From assembly GCA_963662715.1 (NCBI GenBank), contig OY759724.1:360001-392000 (forward strand): a stretch of DNA of 32,000 nt. The letters run 5' to 3'. This DNA is from Candidatus Omnitrophota bacterium (GTDB lineage Bacteria > Omnitrophota > Gorgyraeia > Zapsychrales > JANLHA01). Of the stretch, positions 9,441 to 19,655 are shown in pieces; the stretch's first letter is position 1; every line of letters starts with the position of its first letter. Both the position numbers and the translations under genes were made by a program. The notes under the pieces were generated by a model. That model did not search any database, was not told the DNA's origin, and was given only the letters and a program-made list of their open reading frames with translations.

Positions 9441-10136
9441 TCAGGCATCCTTTTGGGTTTTGGAAGAAGAATTTTGCTTCTCCAAAGACTTTAATCTCTT
9501 CTCCAAATGATTGACCTGCTGCATGACTGGGTCCAGAATGTGTATATGATCCATCATATTATCAATCTTTTTTCCGTCCTGTTTGGTAATGCGCCCCGGG
9601 ACGCCGACAATCGTCGTGTTGGGCGGAACATCTTTGATGACGACGGCATTGGCGCCGACATAAGCATTGGAGCCCACGCGGATATTCCCCAGCACTTTGG
9701 CACCGGCTCCGATGACGATGTTGTCCCCCAAGGTCGGATGCCGCTTCCCGGTTTCTTTCCCGGTCCCGCCCAAGGTCACACCTTGAAATAAAGTCACATT
9801 ATTGCCGATAATCGTTGTCTCTCCGATGACCACCCCCATCCCGTGATCAATAAAAAGCCCCTGGCCGATCTTAGCTCCCGGATGGATCTCAATGCCGGTC
9901 AGACTCCGGCCTATCTGGGAAAGCAGTCTCGGAAATAAAGGCACGCCTTTGGTCCAAAGCCAGCGCGATATGCGGTAAATCATCACCGCATGCAGGCCGG
10001 GATAAAGCAGAAGAATTTCCAGCGTGCTTTTCGCGGCCGGGTCACGTTCCTTGCTGGCCTGGATTTCTTTGGAGAAAAAAACAGACAGCAGTAAAAACAC
10101 CGAAAAGACAAAAAGAACTATCATTATAAGTATCAT
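9441..10136 (-). CDS. cysE: Serine O-acetyltransferase (short, Bacillus-type) with a hydrophobic N-terminal extension
   Basis: [20 protein letters not shown] and [46 protein letters not shown] left-handed beta-helix core. The start is uncertain: GTG 10145, ATG 10136 (preceded by AGGTG at 6-nt spacing), or internal GTG 10100. Confidence 0.85.
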   Translation of the reverse strand: MILIMIVLFVFSVFLLLSVFFSKEIQASKERDPAAKSTLEILLLYPGLHAVMIYRISRWLWTKGVPLFPRLLSQIGRSLTGIEIHPGAKIGQGLFIDHGMGVVIGETTIIGNNVTLFQGVTLGGTGKETGKRHPTLGDNIVIGAGAKVLGNIRVGSNAYVGANAVVIKDVPPNTTIVGVPGRITKQDGKKIDNMMDHIHILDPVMQQVNHLEKRLKSLEKQNSSSKTQKDA

Positions 10137-10235
10137 ATTGGGCACCTGTTCATACGTTCACGATGATGACACCAGTCCGGGTCTTTTTCCCCGTCCAGGA
10201 ACAACAGGATCAATCCGTCCTGTTCCTTTATCTCG

Positions 10236-10730
10236 TTATTTTTGTATAAGTTCCGGCTTCATTAACAGCACTGTGGCAAAAGCCGCTATCCCTTCCTTAC
10301 GGCCCATAGGCCCCATACCTTCATGGGTCGTCGCTTTGATGTTCACGGCCGGCACCGCAACATCAAGAACCGATGCTATGCCGGCCTTCATTTCTTCTTT
10401 ATAATTTTTCAGTTTAGGTTCCTCCGCGATAACCACCGCGTCAACATTGCCGACAACATATCCCTCTTCCTGCACAAGGGCGCAAACCTGCCGCAATAAT
10501 TTCAAGCTGGAAATGCCTTTATACTGCGGGTCCGTGTCAGGGAAATGTTCCCCGATATCCCCTTTTCCTAACGCCCCCAGAAGAGCGTCACAGAGGGCAT
10601 GCAGGAGCACGTCAGCGTCAGAGTGTCCTTCCAATCCCAAGGTGTACGGAATTTCGACGCCGCCCAGGAACAGAGGCCTCCCGTCCGCAAAACGATGGAC
10701 ATCATACCCCAATCCTGTCTTATAATTCAT
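10236..10730 (-). CDS. ispF: 2-C-methyl-D-erythritol 2,4-cyclodiphosphate synthase
   Basis: GLGYDVHRF and GHSDADVLLHALCDALLGA metal and substrate motifs. 164 aa. Confidence 0.95.
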   Translation of the reverse strand: MNYKTGLGYDVHRFADGRPLFLGGVEIPYTLGLEGHSDADVLLHALCDALLGALGKGDIGEHFPDTDPQYKGISSLKLLRQVCALVQEEGYVVGNVDAVVIAEEPKLKNYKEEMKAGIASVLDVAVPAVNIKATTHEGMGPMGRKEGIAAFATVLLMKPELIQK

Positions 10731-10785
10731 CGGTCATCCTATCTTATCCCTGCAAAAACAAGGCATCAATCTTCTCATCAAAACT

Positions 10786-11469
10786 CTAATGAACCTGCTT
10801 CAACAAAAGCTCCCCCAGCAAAAGGTCTTCCGGGGAAGTAATTTTAATATTAGAATAATCACCGCGCACGACTTTTACTTTAATGCCGTAACGCTCAACC
10901 AGGGAGGCATCATCCGTGACACACAAATCATCCGTCTGGGCATGGGCTTTCACGATAATATCCTTTGAAAAGACCTGCGGAGTCTGCACCTCCCATAGCT
11001 GTGACCGATCCAGCGTCTCCTCCACCGTGAGATCCTTCATTCTCACTTTTTTTATCGTCGGCTTGACCGGAACGCCCACAATCACAGCCTGCTCATCATA
11101 GCAAATACGCAGGCATTCTTCAACTAACCGTTGCGTGATCAGGGGCCTGGCCGCATCATGGATCAGGACGAACCTGGTGTCCTCATCGATCTCCCGGATC
11201 CCCTTCTTAACGGATTCGCACCGGGTTTTTCCTCCGGGAACAACTATGGACACTTTTTTCAGGCCGCTCTTTTTGACCAGATCCCGGCATCTTTCAACCC
11301 AGTCGGCTCTGGTCAAAATAATAACACTGTCAACAAAAGAAGACCTTTCAAAGACCTCCAGAGAATACAGCAATAAAGGTTTATCCTGCAAACGCACAAA
11401 AGGCTTGGGAATATCCGTTTTTAAACGCACACCGTCTCCGGCCGCGGCGAGAATAACTTGTGTTTTCAT
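10786..11469 (-). CDS. ispD: 2-C-methyl-D-erythritol 4-phosphate cytidylyltransferase
   Basis: ILAAAGDGVRL nucleotide-binding N-terminus and VLIHDAARP. Adjacent to ispF. Confidence 0.9.
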   Translation of the reverse strand: MKTQVILAAAGDGVRLKTDIPKPFVRLQDKPLLLYSLEVFERSSFVDSVIILTRADWVERCRDLVKKSGLKKVSIVVPGGKTRCESVKKGIREIDEDTRFVLIHDAARPLITQRLVEECLRICYDEQAVIVGVPVKPTIKKVRMKDLTVEETLDRSQLWEVQTPQVFSKDIIVKAHAQTDDLCVTDDASLVERYGIKVKVVRGDYSNIKITSPEDLLLGELLLKQVH

Positions 11470-11499
11470 ACAGTCTTTAAACAGTTTCCTATGTGAATT

Positions 11500-12477
11500 C
11501 TAGTTCATCTTTGCAAAAATCATCCGGCCGCTTTGCGTCTGCAGAACCGACGTCACCTGAACAGTCACGACTTTCCCGATCAGTTTCCGGGCCTCGCTGA
11601 CAACGATCATCACGCCTTCTTCCGTATAGGCGACCGCCTGATCAGGCTCTTTTCCTTCCCGGATAAGACGGACCTGCAGTTCATCGCCGGGGAAAACAAC
11701 CGGTTTGATCGCATGAACAAGTTCATGCAGGTTCAAAGTGATAACCCCCTGAATGGCGGCCATACGGCTGAGGTTATAATCTGTCGTGCATATCTTGGCA
11801 TCCAGGATCTTGGCCAAACGGACAATTTTGGAATCAACGTCTTCTTCCTGAGGCACGTCTTCCTCATGAATGATCAGGCCGAAAGAAGAGTCCTTTTGTA
11901 TGCTGCGCAAAATCTCCAAGCCGCGGCGTCCCCGTTTATGTTTCAGGGGATCCTGAGAGTCGGCCACGCGGTGCAGTTCCTGCAGGACAAAACGTGGGAC
12001 GACGATCCTGCCGACAAAAAAATTCGTTTTATAAATCTCTTTAATCCTGCCGTCGATAATGGCGCTTGTATCCAGCAAGACGATCCGCTCTTCCATATCC
12101 TGCCGTTTAAACCGCACGTAAGGGATAATAAGGTTGAATTCGTCTTTTCCCCGGAGGGCCATGACAGCCCCTAAATAGGAAAAAATCAAAGTAAAGGCCA
12201 CCCGGGACACAGACTGAACAAACTCCCCTAAAGGCAGAAGGGAAAGGATATCGGAAACCAGCTTGGCCATAAAGACCCCTAACAGCAAGCCGAACACCAT
12301 GCTGGACAGGCCCCTGACCGAGACCCGGCGCAGGCTGATCTCCAATAAAATTAATGCCAGGCCCGTGCCAAACCCCAGACAGACCCCCCAGAAGGGATAG
12401 AAAGCGATAGACCCGATATAGAAACCAATTAATGTGCTGATAATCAGAAAAAAGACGCGAATGAATAGTAGAGTCAT
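11500..12477 (-). CDS. yacL: Membrane-anchored PIN/TRAM domain protein (YacL-like)
   Basis: Several N-terminal hydrophobic helices, a PIN-like core (LLDTSAIIDGRI...TTDYNL) and a C-terminal TRAM-like beta domain. Its position between radA and ispD matches Bacillus yacL. I set the start at ATG 12477 behind GAAGGAGAC. The ORF-track TTG at 12495 lies within that Shine-Dalgarno region. Confidence 0.8.
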   Translation of the reverse strand: MTLLFIRVFFLIISTLIGFYIGSIAFYPFWGVCLGFGTGLALILLEISLRRVSVRGLSSMVFGLLLGVFMAKLVSDILSLLPLGEFVQSVSRVAFTLIFSYLGAVMALRGKDEFNLIIPYVRFKRQDMEERIVLLDTSAIIDGRIKEIYKTNFFVGRIVVPRFVLQELHRVADSQDPLKHKRGRRGLEILRSIQKDSSFGLIIHEEDVPQEEDVDSKIVRLAKILDAKICTTDYNLSRMAAIQGVITLNLHELVHAIKPVVFPGDELQVRLIREGKEPDQAVAYTEEGVMIVVSEARKLIGKVVTVQVTSVLQTQSGRMIFAKMN

Positions 12478-12508
12478 ATTGTCTCCTTCAAACAACGGAC
12501 ATGTCTAT

Positions 12509-13882
12509 TTATGAAATAGTTTCCAGTACGTCTAAAGCATCTTTAACATAACTGACGGGAAGCAAAGTCATATCCTGACTTATCGTCCCGGCCCCTGCTT
12601 GTATATTCGTCCGCGGGAGGACGCACTTCTTAAAGCCCAGCTTCTCCGCCTCTTTCACGCGCAAAACAACCTGCGAAATACTCCTTACCTCCGAAGATAA
12701 TCCGACTTCTCCCAAAACAACAGTATCCGCAGGAACCCGTTTATCCGTCAGCGCCGAAGCCACGGCCAAAACCACGCCTAAATCGGCCGCGGGATCCATG
12801 ATTTTAAAACCCCCGGCAATATTTAAAAAAATATCCTTATCCTGCAGATTCAGGCCCAAACGTTTATCCAAGACCGCGACCAGCAAAGCCAAACGGTTCG
12901 TGTCGAAACCATGGGTCTTATGGCGGACAACGCCGAAATTCGACCGGCTGACCAGTCCCTGAACTTCGATTAAAAACGGCCGGGTTCCTTCCAGGACCGA
13001 GACAACCACCGAACCGGAAGCGTGGGATGGACGCTCCGACAAAAAGATCTCTGACGGGTTCATCACCTCCTTTAACCCTTGTGATGTCATTTCAAAGACA
13101 CCCAGCTCATTGGTTGAACCGAAACGGTTCTTAACGGTTCGCAACACCCGGTAGGTCATATACCGCTCCCCTTCGAAATAAAGAACCGTGTCGACAATAT
13201 GCTCCAGAACCCGGGGCCCGGCAATCGTGCCTTCTTTTGTAACATGTCCGATGATAAATAACGCCATTCCCAAAGATTTTGCCAGATGCGTCAATATCGA
13301 TGCACATTCCCTGACCTGGGCAACACTGCCCGGGCTCGAACCCAGTTCGGGGGAATACATCACCTGAATCGAATCTATGACCAGGACCTGCGGTTTCAAT
13401 GTTTTGACATGCCCCTTAATCTGATCCAGGTCAATCTGGTTAACAATATAAACGGATTCCGGGACAGTTTCCCCTAAACGGTCTGCCCGCATCTTGGTCT
13501 GTTTAATGGATTCCTCTCCGGAGACATACAAAACTTTGAATCCCTTCTGCCCCAAATGACACATAACCTGTAATGTCAGCGTGGACTTTCCGATGCCCGG
13601 GTCTCCGCCGATCAGGGTGACCGCCCCCGGGACAAGCCCTCCGCCTAAGACCCGGTCGAATTCCGGAAGCCCGGTGACCCAGCGGGGGTCCTGTTCGGAC
13701 TGGACATCCTTTAAAAGCACCGGGGTCTCCGACAAGACCGGCCTGTCCCGGCCCGCCGGGGCCGAAGCAGGCACAAACTCTTCAACGTAGGAATTCCAAC
13801 TTTGGCATGCCGGACATTTCCCCATCCAGCGCGGTGACTGGGCACCGCAATCCTGGCAAATGTATGTTGTCTTAGTTTTCAT
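12509..13882 (-). CDS. radA: DNA repair protein RadA/Sms
   Basis: N-terminal zinc finger CQDCGAQSPRWMGKCPACQSW, Walker A GDPGIGKST, KNRFG motif and a Lon-like C-terminal domain. Confidence 0.95.
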   Translation of the reverse strand: MKTKTTYICQDCGAQSPRWMGKCPACQSWNSYVEEFVPASAPAGRDRPVLSETPVLLKDVQSEQDPRWVTGLPEFDRVLGGGLVPGAVTLIGGDPGIGKSTLTLQVMCHLGQKGFKVLYVSGEESIKQTKMRADRLGETVPESVYIVNQIDLDQIKGHVKTLKPQVLVIDSIQVMYSPELGSSPGSVAQVRECASILTHLAKSLGMALFIIGHVTKEGTIAGPRVLEHIVDTVLYFEGERYMTYRVLRTVKNRFGSTNELGVFEMTSQGLKEVMNPSEIFLSERPSHASGSVVVSVLEGTRPFLIEVQGLVSRSNFGVVRHKTHGFDTNRLALLVAVLDKRLGLNLQDKDIFLNIAGGFKIMDPAADLGVVLAVASALTDKRVPADTVVLGEVGLSSEVRSISQVVLRVKEAEKLGFKKCVLPRTNIQAGAGTISQDMTLLPVSYVKDALDVLETIS

Positions 13883-13973
13883 AGATAATAAGAAAGGAAC
13901 GTCGTTTCACTTTTATCAAGCAAAAGACTCCCGGCACAGGTGTTGAATCCTATCTTATGAAGGCGAGCTGCAT

Positions 13974-16400
13974 TTATGAAGCTGACTCAAAATGAAGATA
14001 ATCGTTATTCCGAAGGACTTTAATTTTACTGCCTTCTTTGAATTGACCGGCAATAATCTCTTCCGCGAGAGGATCTTCCAGGTAACGCTGAATCGTTCTT
14101 TTCAAAGGTCTCGCTCCGAAGACCGGATCAAACCCTTTTTCGATCAGAAAGTTCGTGGCATCCTTGGTCAACTCTATGGCAATCCCCTGCTCGTCCAGAC
14201 GTTTAGCCACCTCATGAATTTCGATCTCTACGATTTCAACCAGGTTTTCCTTGGTCAATTGTCGGAAAACAATAATGTCATCTATGCGGTTCAGGAATTC
14301 CGGTTTAAAGACCCTTTTGACCTCTTCCAGCAAACGGGCCTTCATATCTTCATAGGATGCGTTCTCTGTTTGGGCCAGGAAACCGAGAGCGCCTTTGGAA
14401 CGCAACATATCAGCCCCCACATTCGACGTCATAATAATAATCGTGTTCCGGAAATCGACTTTCCGCCCCAGGCTGTCCGTCAGACGGCCTTCCTCGAAGA
14501 CCTGAAGCAGAATATTAAAGACATCCGGATGGGCCTTCTCAATTTCATCAAGCAGAATAACAGAGTACGGTTTCCGGCGGACTTTCTCGGTCAGCTGCCC
14601 CCCCTCTTCATATCCCACATATCCCGGAGGAGCTCCGATAAGCCGGGACACGTTAAACTTGTCCATGTATTCCGACATATCTATCTGGATCAGGGCATCG
14701 GCATCGCCGAACATATATTCTGTCAGAACGCGCGCCAAATGCGTCTTGCCGACTCCGGTGGGGCCGAGAAAAACAAACGACCCGATCGGCCGGCGGGGGT
14801 TCTTGATTCCGGCCCGGGACCGGCGGACGGCCCGGGAAATAGCTCCGATCGCTTCTTCCTGTCCGACAACAAATTTCTTGATCTGGCTGTCCATGCTCAG
14901 CAGCTTTTCGCTCTCCTTCTGCTCAAGCCTCACCAGAGGAATCTTCGTCCACTGGGAAATGACTTTCGCGATATCCTCTTCCCCTAACGTGATCGTCACA
15001 TTATCCCTTTTCTGGGACCATTCGGCCCGCACCTTATCCAGATTTTCCCTGACATTCCGTTCCTGGTCCCGCATATGAGCAGCTTTTTCAAAATCCTGGC
15101 TCTTGATAAACGCTTCTTTTTCTTTTCTTAACTGTTCGATCTGAGACTCCAGCTCTTTGATGTCAGCCGGGACTTCCATCGCATGCAGCCGCGCCCGCGC
15201 CCCGGCTTCGTCCAGGATATCAACCGCTTTGTCCGGAAGGGCCCGGCCGGAGATATAACGTTCGGATAAACGGACCGCCGCCTCCAGGGCCTCATCGGAA
15301 AATTTCACCCGGTGATGAGCCTCATATTTATCCCGCAAGCCCTGCAGAATCAGAATCGCTTCGTCCACCGAGGGGGGGTTAACGATAATCGTCTGAAAAC
15401 GCCGCTCCAACGCCGCGTCTTTTTCGATATGTTTACGGTATTCATCCAGAGTCGTCGCTCCGATACACTGTATCTCTCCCCGGGCCAAAGCCGGTTTAAG
15501 AATATTCGCGGCGTCAATGGCGCCTTCCGCGGCACCTGCTCCCACCAAAGTATGAAGTTCGTCCACAAAAAGGATAATCTTCCCGGAACGCTTAATCTCA
15601 TCCATGATCGCTTTAATGCGTTCTTCAAACTGTCCCCGGTACTTCGTGCCGGCAATCATCAAAGCCAGATCCAGGACCACGATATTTTTATCCCGCAAAA
15701 TTTCCGGGACATCCCCGGCGACAATCAGCTGGGCAAGGCCTTCGACAATCGCGGTCTTTCCGACCCCCGCTTCTCCCAGCAGGACCGGGTTGTTTTTCGT
15801 GCGGCGGCTTAAAATCTGCACGATGCGCTCGATTTCTTCCGACCGGCCGATGACCGGATCCAGTTTCCCCTCTTTGGCTAACTTGTTTAAGTTACGGCCA
15901 TAGGCATCAATGGCCGGGGTCTTGCCGGTCTTGCCCTGCTCCTGCACGCTGAACCCCGGGATCCCGGAGCCGAGAAGCTCCATGACTTCGTTGCGTAATT
16001 TGCTCAAATCCAAGCCCAGGTTCAGGAGAACGCGGTAAGCCATCCCTTCGCCTTCCTTGACCAGCCCCAGCAACAAATGTTCTGTCCCGATATAATTATG
16101 TCCTAAAGCCCGCGCTTCTTCGGCGGAAAGCTCCAAAGCCTTTTTGGACCTGGGGGTGAAAGGGATGTCCCCCAGCACCTGCGTCTGGGGACCGGGCTGC
16201 ACCAGTTTTTCAACTTCAATACGGATGGTTTCAAGATCCAGGCCGAGTTTCTGCAATACGGCCGCAGCCACCCCCTCCCCTTCCCGGATAAGGCCTAATA
16301 ATAAATGCTCCGTCCCGATGTAATCATGATTAAACCGTCGGGCTTCTTCTTTTGCATAAACAATGACTTTCCTGGCTCTTTCAGTAAATCTATTAAACAT
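13974..16400 (-). CDS. clpC: ATP-dependent Clp protease ATP-binding subunit ClpC
   Basis: Duplicated Clp_N repeats ([10 protein letters not shown] twice), two AAA+ modules ([16 protein letters not shown]) and a UVR-like linker ([11 protein letters not shown]). 808 aa. Sits directly behind mcsB. Confidence 0.9.
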   Translation of the reverse strand: MFNRFTERARKVIVYAKEEARRFNHDYIGTEHLLLGLIREGEGVAAAVLQKLGLDLETIRIEVEKLVQPGPQTQVLGDIPFTPRSKKALELSAEEARALGHNYIGTEHLLLGLVKEGEGMAYRVLLNLGLDLSKLRNEVMELLGSGIPGFSVQEQGKTGKTPAIDAYGRNLNKLAKEGKLDPVIGRSEEIERIVQILSRRTKNNPVLLGEAGVGKTAIVEGLAQLIVAGDVPEILRDKNIVVLDLALMIAGTKYRGQFEERIKAIMDEIKRSGKIILFVDELHTLVGAGAAEGAIDAANILKPALARGEIQCIGATTLDEYRKHIEKDAALERRFQTIIVNPPSVDEAILILQGLRDKYEAHHRVKFSDEALEAAVRLSERYISGRALPDKAVDILDEAGARARLHAMEVPADIKELESQIEQLRKEKEAFIKSQDFEKAAHMRDQERNVRENLDKVRAEWSQKRDNVTITLGEEDIAKVISQWTKIPLVRLEQKESEKLLSMDSQIKKFVVGQEEAIGAISRAVRRSRAGIKNPRRPIGSFVFLGPTGVGKTHLARVLTEYMFGDADALIQIDMSEYMDKFNVSRLIGAPPGYVGYEEGGQLTEKVRRKPYSVILLDEIEKAHPDVFNILLQVFEEGRLTDSLGRKVDFRNTIIIMTSNVGADMLRSKGALGFLAQTENASYEDMKARLLEEVKRVFKPEFLNRIDDIIVFRQLTKENLVEIVEIEIHEVAKRLDEQGIAIELTKDATNFLIEKGFDPVFGARPLKRTIQRYLEDPLAEEIIAGQFKEGSKIKVLRNNDYLHFESAS

Positions 16401-17453
16401 CTAAACTCCTCCCAATTTTTCTCTAATTAAACTGGCTCTACGGATATCTCTTGCCGATGCTGATAATTTCCGCCCTTCGATCTTCTGCAGATGGGCGGGT
16501 TGAATAAGAATAAGCAACTCATTCATCGTGCAGCGGTCAATATTCTTGACCAATCCCAGGTCTATCCCCAGCCGTACCAGCGACAGCAGTTCAATCGTTT
16601 CCTGGCTGGAAATAATGTGGGCATTCTTTAATACCCCCAAAGACCGGAAAATTTTATCTTCCAGCATAGGTTTGTTTTGCAGAATCAAAGCCTGCCGGGC
16701 CTGCTCTTCCTGTTCGATAACCTGGCGGATCAGGCCGTTAATATTTTGAATAATGTCCACCTCGCTGTGCCCCAGGGAAACCTGATTGGAGATCTGATAA
16801 AAGTTACCCCTGGCCTGAGTCCCTTCTCCGTAAAAACCCCGGGAAGCAAAACTCAGCTTAGCAATAGCCGTTAAAACTTTATTAATCTGCTTGGTCATAA
16901 CGAGCGCCGGGAGATGCAGCATGACGGACCCCCGCATGGCGGTTCCCGTGTTGGTCGGACACGCTGTCAAATACCCCCAATGCTGCAGAAACGCAAACGG
17001 CAAAATCTTCGACAAGTTGTCGTCGATCATGTCGATAATCTTCCACGTCTCATGCAAGTTCAGCCCCGACTGCATGACCTGGATACGCAGGTGGTCCTCC
17101 TCATTAATCATCACAGACAAAATTTCCTCCTGCGAGATGATAAGGGCCTTCCCTTCGGTGTTAGAAGAATGTTCATGACTCATGAGATGCCGCTCAATCA
17201 GGAACTGCCGGTCAATATTGTCCAGCTCGTTCATCTGAAATAATGTCGATTTCTTGAAATAGTCGATTTTCTTCGTGGCCTCCTGGACAGAAGACAACAC
17301 ATTGACCAAATCCTTTTTATGCGCTTTATTCGGGAAGGGAACGCTTAATAAATTGCGGGCTAACCGTATCCGGGAAGACATGACAATGTTTGAATACGGC
17401 CCCGTACCTTTAAGCCACTGACCGCTCTGGTAAATCAAATCATTTAATTTCAT
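16401..17453 (-). CDS. mcsB: Protein arginine kinase McsB (phosphagen-kinase fold)
   Basis: ATP:guanido phosphotransferase signature CPTNTGTAMRGSVMLHLPAL and an IVMSSRIRLARNL N-terminal region. Abuts the clpC start; ATGA overlap with mcsA. Confidence 0.9.
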   Translation of the reverse strand: MKLNDLIYQSGQWLKGTGPYSNIVMSSRIRLARNLLSVPFPNKAHKKDLVNVLSSVQEATKKIDYFKKSTLFQMNELDNIDRQFLIERHLMSHEHSSNTEGKALIISQEEILSVMINEEDHLRIQVMQSGLNLHETWKIIDMIDDNLSKILPFAFLQHWGYLTACPTNTGTAMRGSVMLHLPALVMTKQINKVLTAIAKLSFASRGFYGEGTQARGNFYQISNQVSLGHSEVDIIQNINGLIRQVIEQEEQARQALILQNKPMLEDKIFRSLGVLKNAHIISSQETIELLSLVRLGIDLGLVKNIDRCTMNELLILIQPAHLQKIEGRKLSASARDIRRASLIREKLGGV

Positions 17454-17959
17454 TTATTATCTTCTTTCCTTTTCGTCTCTAAAGCACGGATCTTGTCCCT
17501 TAATTCTGCGGCCTGTTCAAAATGCTCCTGTTCAATCGCCTGCTGTAACTGCTGTTTAAGATCCTGGATGTTCTCCGTCTTCTTGACGCTTTTAACCTGA
17601 ACGTTTCCCGGGCTCTTGCCGTGATGACGGTTGGAGCCGTGAATCCTTTTCAGCAGACCGCCCAGCTGGTCCTGAAAGGCCGTATAACACTCGCTGCACC
17701 CCAGTCGGCCGAATTTCTTAAAATCCTCATAACTCAACTGGCACGAGGGGCAGACCGACTTGACCTTTTCATAGTCCTTGACCTGTTTGCCAAAATCGGC
17801 CAATCCTGCCAGCAGGTCAGATAGGCCGAACTGTTGCTCCATCTGCACGCTTTTCTCGCGGGCGCATTCCTCGCACAAGTGCATCTCGAGCATTTGTTCA
17901 TCAACGATCTCCGTCAAATGGACCGTCGCTTTTTTCTTTCCGCATAAATCACAGATCAT
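17450..17959 (-). CDS. mcsA: McsA-like activator of protein arginine kinase (four CxxC pairs plus a UVR motif)
   Basis: CDLCG, CEEC, CPSC and CSEC pairs, and a C-terminal UvrB/C-type motif (FEQAAELRDKIRALE). Position directly upstream of mcsB. Confidence 0.8.
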   Translation of the reverse strand: MICDLCGKKKATVHLTEIVDEQMLEMHLCEECAREKSVQMEQQFGLSDLLAGLADFGKQVKDYEKVKSVCPSCQLSYEDFKKFGRLGCSECYTAFQDQLGGLLKRIHGSNRHHGKSPGNVQVKSVKKTENIQDLKQQLQQAIEQEHFEQAAELRDKIRALETKRKEDNK

Positions 17960-18016
17960 AATTCATCCTCGATTATAAATTTTCGTATTCCTCTGCTATG
18001 GACAGGAAATATATTG

Positions 18017-18880
18017 TTAATATTTTACGCCGTCCTGCGCCGTTGCCTGCTTAAACTGCTGAATGAGATTCCGGGTAAACTGCCCCGGGGTTCCGCTGGC
18101 TATCGAGCGGCCGTCAACTTTGACAATGGGAATAATCTCCGCGGCCGTGCCTGTCAGGAAGCATTCGTCGGCATTATAAATTTCATGCCGGGTCAGGAAA
18201 CCCTCCCGCGTTTTCACACTGTTTTTTTCTGCCAGCTCCAGGACCACATCCCGGGTAATTCCTTTTAAACGTCCGGTCGACGGGGTGGATAACACTCCGT
18301 TTTTAACGATAAAAATATTGTCCCCCGTACATTCGGCCACATACCCCTGGTTATCCAGCATAATGGCCTCACAGAATCCTGCCGTATTCGCCTCAATCTT
18401 AGCGAGAATGTTATTAAGATAATTCAACGACTTGAGTTGCGGATTAAGCGCCTCGGGATGGTTCCGCAAAGTCGGCACCGTAATGATAGCCATTCCGTTG
18501 GCGTACAGCTCATCGGGATATAAGGTGATTTTATCCGTAATGATAATCACGCCCGGGGTTCCGAAACATTTCTTAGGATCCAGCCCGAGGTCCCCTTCTC
18601 CCCGGGTAATAATGACGCGGATATAGGCATCGTCGAGTTTGTTCTGATTAAGCGTATCCACAATGGCCTGGATCATCTCTTCCTTTGTCAAAGGGATGTC
18701 AATCAACAAAGTGTGCGCCGTTTCATACAAACGATCGATGTGCTCCTGCAGGCGGAAGACCAGCCTCTTGTAGGAGCGGATACCTTCAAAAGCGCCGTCA
18801 CCGTAAAGGAAACCGTGGTCAAACACAGAAACCTTCGCTTCCTCCTTATTCACAAAACGTCCATTAAGATAAATTTTCAT
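18017..18880 (-). CDS. ilvE: Branched-chain amino acid aminotransferase (fold-type IV PLP enzyme; D-amino-acid aminotransferase not excluded)
   Basis: FLYGDGAFEGIR, GDLGLDP, LKSLNYLNNILA, GITRD and FLTGTAAEIIPIVKVDGR align well in register with E. coli IlvE from memory. 287 aa. Confidence 0.75.
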   Translation of the reverse strand: MKIYLNGRFVNKEEAKVSVFDHGFLYGDGAFEGIRSYKRLVFRLQEHIDRLYETAHTLLIDIPLTKEEMIQAIVDTLNQNKLDDAYIRVIITRGEGDLGLDPKKCFGTPGVIIITDKITLYPDELYANGMAIITVPTLRNHPEALNPQLKSLNYLNNILAKIEANTAGFCEAIMLDNQGYVAECTGDNIFIVKNGVLSTPSTGRLKGITRDVVLELAEKNSVKTREGFLTRHEIYNADECFLTGTAAEIIPIVKVDGRSIASGTPGQFTRNLIQQFKQATAQDGVKY

Positions 18881-18925
18881 TTTTGTTTCACCTCGTCATT
18901 GCATTGGATCATTAATTAGAAAACT

Positions 18926-19603
18926 CTATGTATCTATAAACCGGCCGTCCCGCATGGACAGAACCTTGCGGGAACGCGAAGCGATCTGCGAATCGTGGGT
19001 CACGATAATCAGTGTAAGTTTTTTTTGTTTATTAAACTCTTCCAGCAAACGGATAATTTCCGCTCCGCTTTCTGAATCCAGATTGCCCGTGGGCTCATCG
19101 CATAAAAGGATTCTAGGGGCGTTCATAAGGGATCTCGCGATAGCCACCCGCTGCTGCTCCCCCCCTGACAATTCATTGGGACGGTGCTCCAGACGATGCG
19201 CCAACCCGACCCGTTCCAGGAGATCCTGGCCGCGGGTTCTTAAAGATGCCATGTCACGGGATGCCTTCAGGACCATAGCCGGCAATATGACGTTCTCCAA
19301 AGCAGAGAATTCCGGCAACAGATGATAAAACTGAAAAATAAATCCGACCTTTTGATTCCTTATTTTGGCCCGGGCCTTGTCATTCAAACGATAGATATCC
19401 TCTCCATCGATGATCACTTCGCCGCTGCTGGGCTTGTCCAGCCCTCCCAGGATATGAAGCAATGTGGACTTCCCTGCCCCCGATGGGCCAACAATGGCCA
19501 GAAAATCGCCTTCCTGGACACTTAAGGTTACCCCTTTAAGAACGGTCAGGCTGCTGGACGGCTGTTCGTACTGCTTCCGGACATTGTTGACATGAAGTAT
19601 CAT
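18926..19603 (-). CDS. lolD: Lipoprotein-releasing system ATP-binding protein LolD (MacB-type ABC ATPase)
   Basis: Walker A GPSGAGKST, signature LSGGEQQRVAIARSL, Walker B LLCDEPTGNLD. Paired with a LolC/E-type permease. Confidence 0.8.
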   Translation of the reverse strand: MILHVNNVRKQYEQPSSSLTVLKGVTLSVQEGDFLAIVGPSGAGKSTLLHILGGLDKPSSGEVIIDGEDIYRLNDKARAKIRNQKVGFIFQFYHLLPEFSALENVILPAMVLKASRDMASLRTRGQDLLERVGLAHRLEHRPNELSGGEQQRVAIARSLMNAPRILLCDEPTGNLDSESGAEIIRLLEEFNKQKKLTLIIVTHDSQIASRSRKVLSMRDGRFIDT

Positions 19604-19655
19604 TTAATTATAACGATCTTTCTCGGAATCCGCTATTTGAATATTGAAATATTTA

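Noticed and set aside
13992-14987. 331-aa ORF on the + strand, antisense to clpC. Similar long antisense ORFs occur at 15312-15812 (166 aa), 11533-12174 (213 aa, opposite yacL), 25976-26761 (261 aa, opposite lpxD) and 24560-25317 (opposite lpxC::fabZ).
   Set aside because: Each lies wholly inside a strongly supported minus-strand gene. Their translations are R/P/S-rich and low in complexity, with no recognisable motifs. Long shadow ORFs are expected opposite codon-biased genes and hexapeptide-repeat genes. No ribosome sites or promoters were seen.
17960-18016. Searched the mcsA upstream spacer for a CtsR operator (tandem GGTCAAA heptads), a CIRCE element and a promoter.
   Set aside because: None is present. 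The only GGTCAAA copies I saw are single occurrences about 200 nt apart inside alr (269-275, 467-473). The TATAAT at about 17974-17979 (+ strand ATTATA) is too close to the ATG to leave room for the GAGGA ribosome site, and it has no -35.
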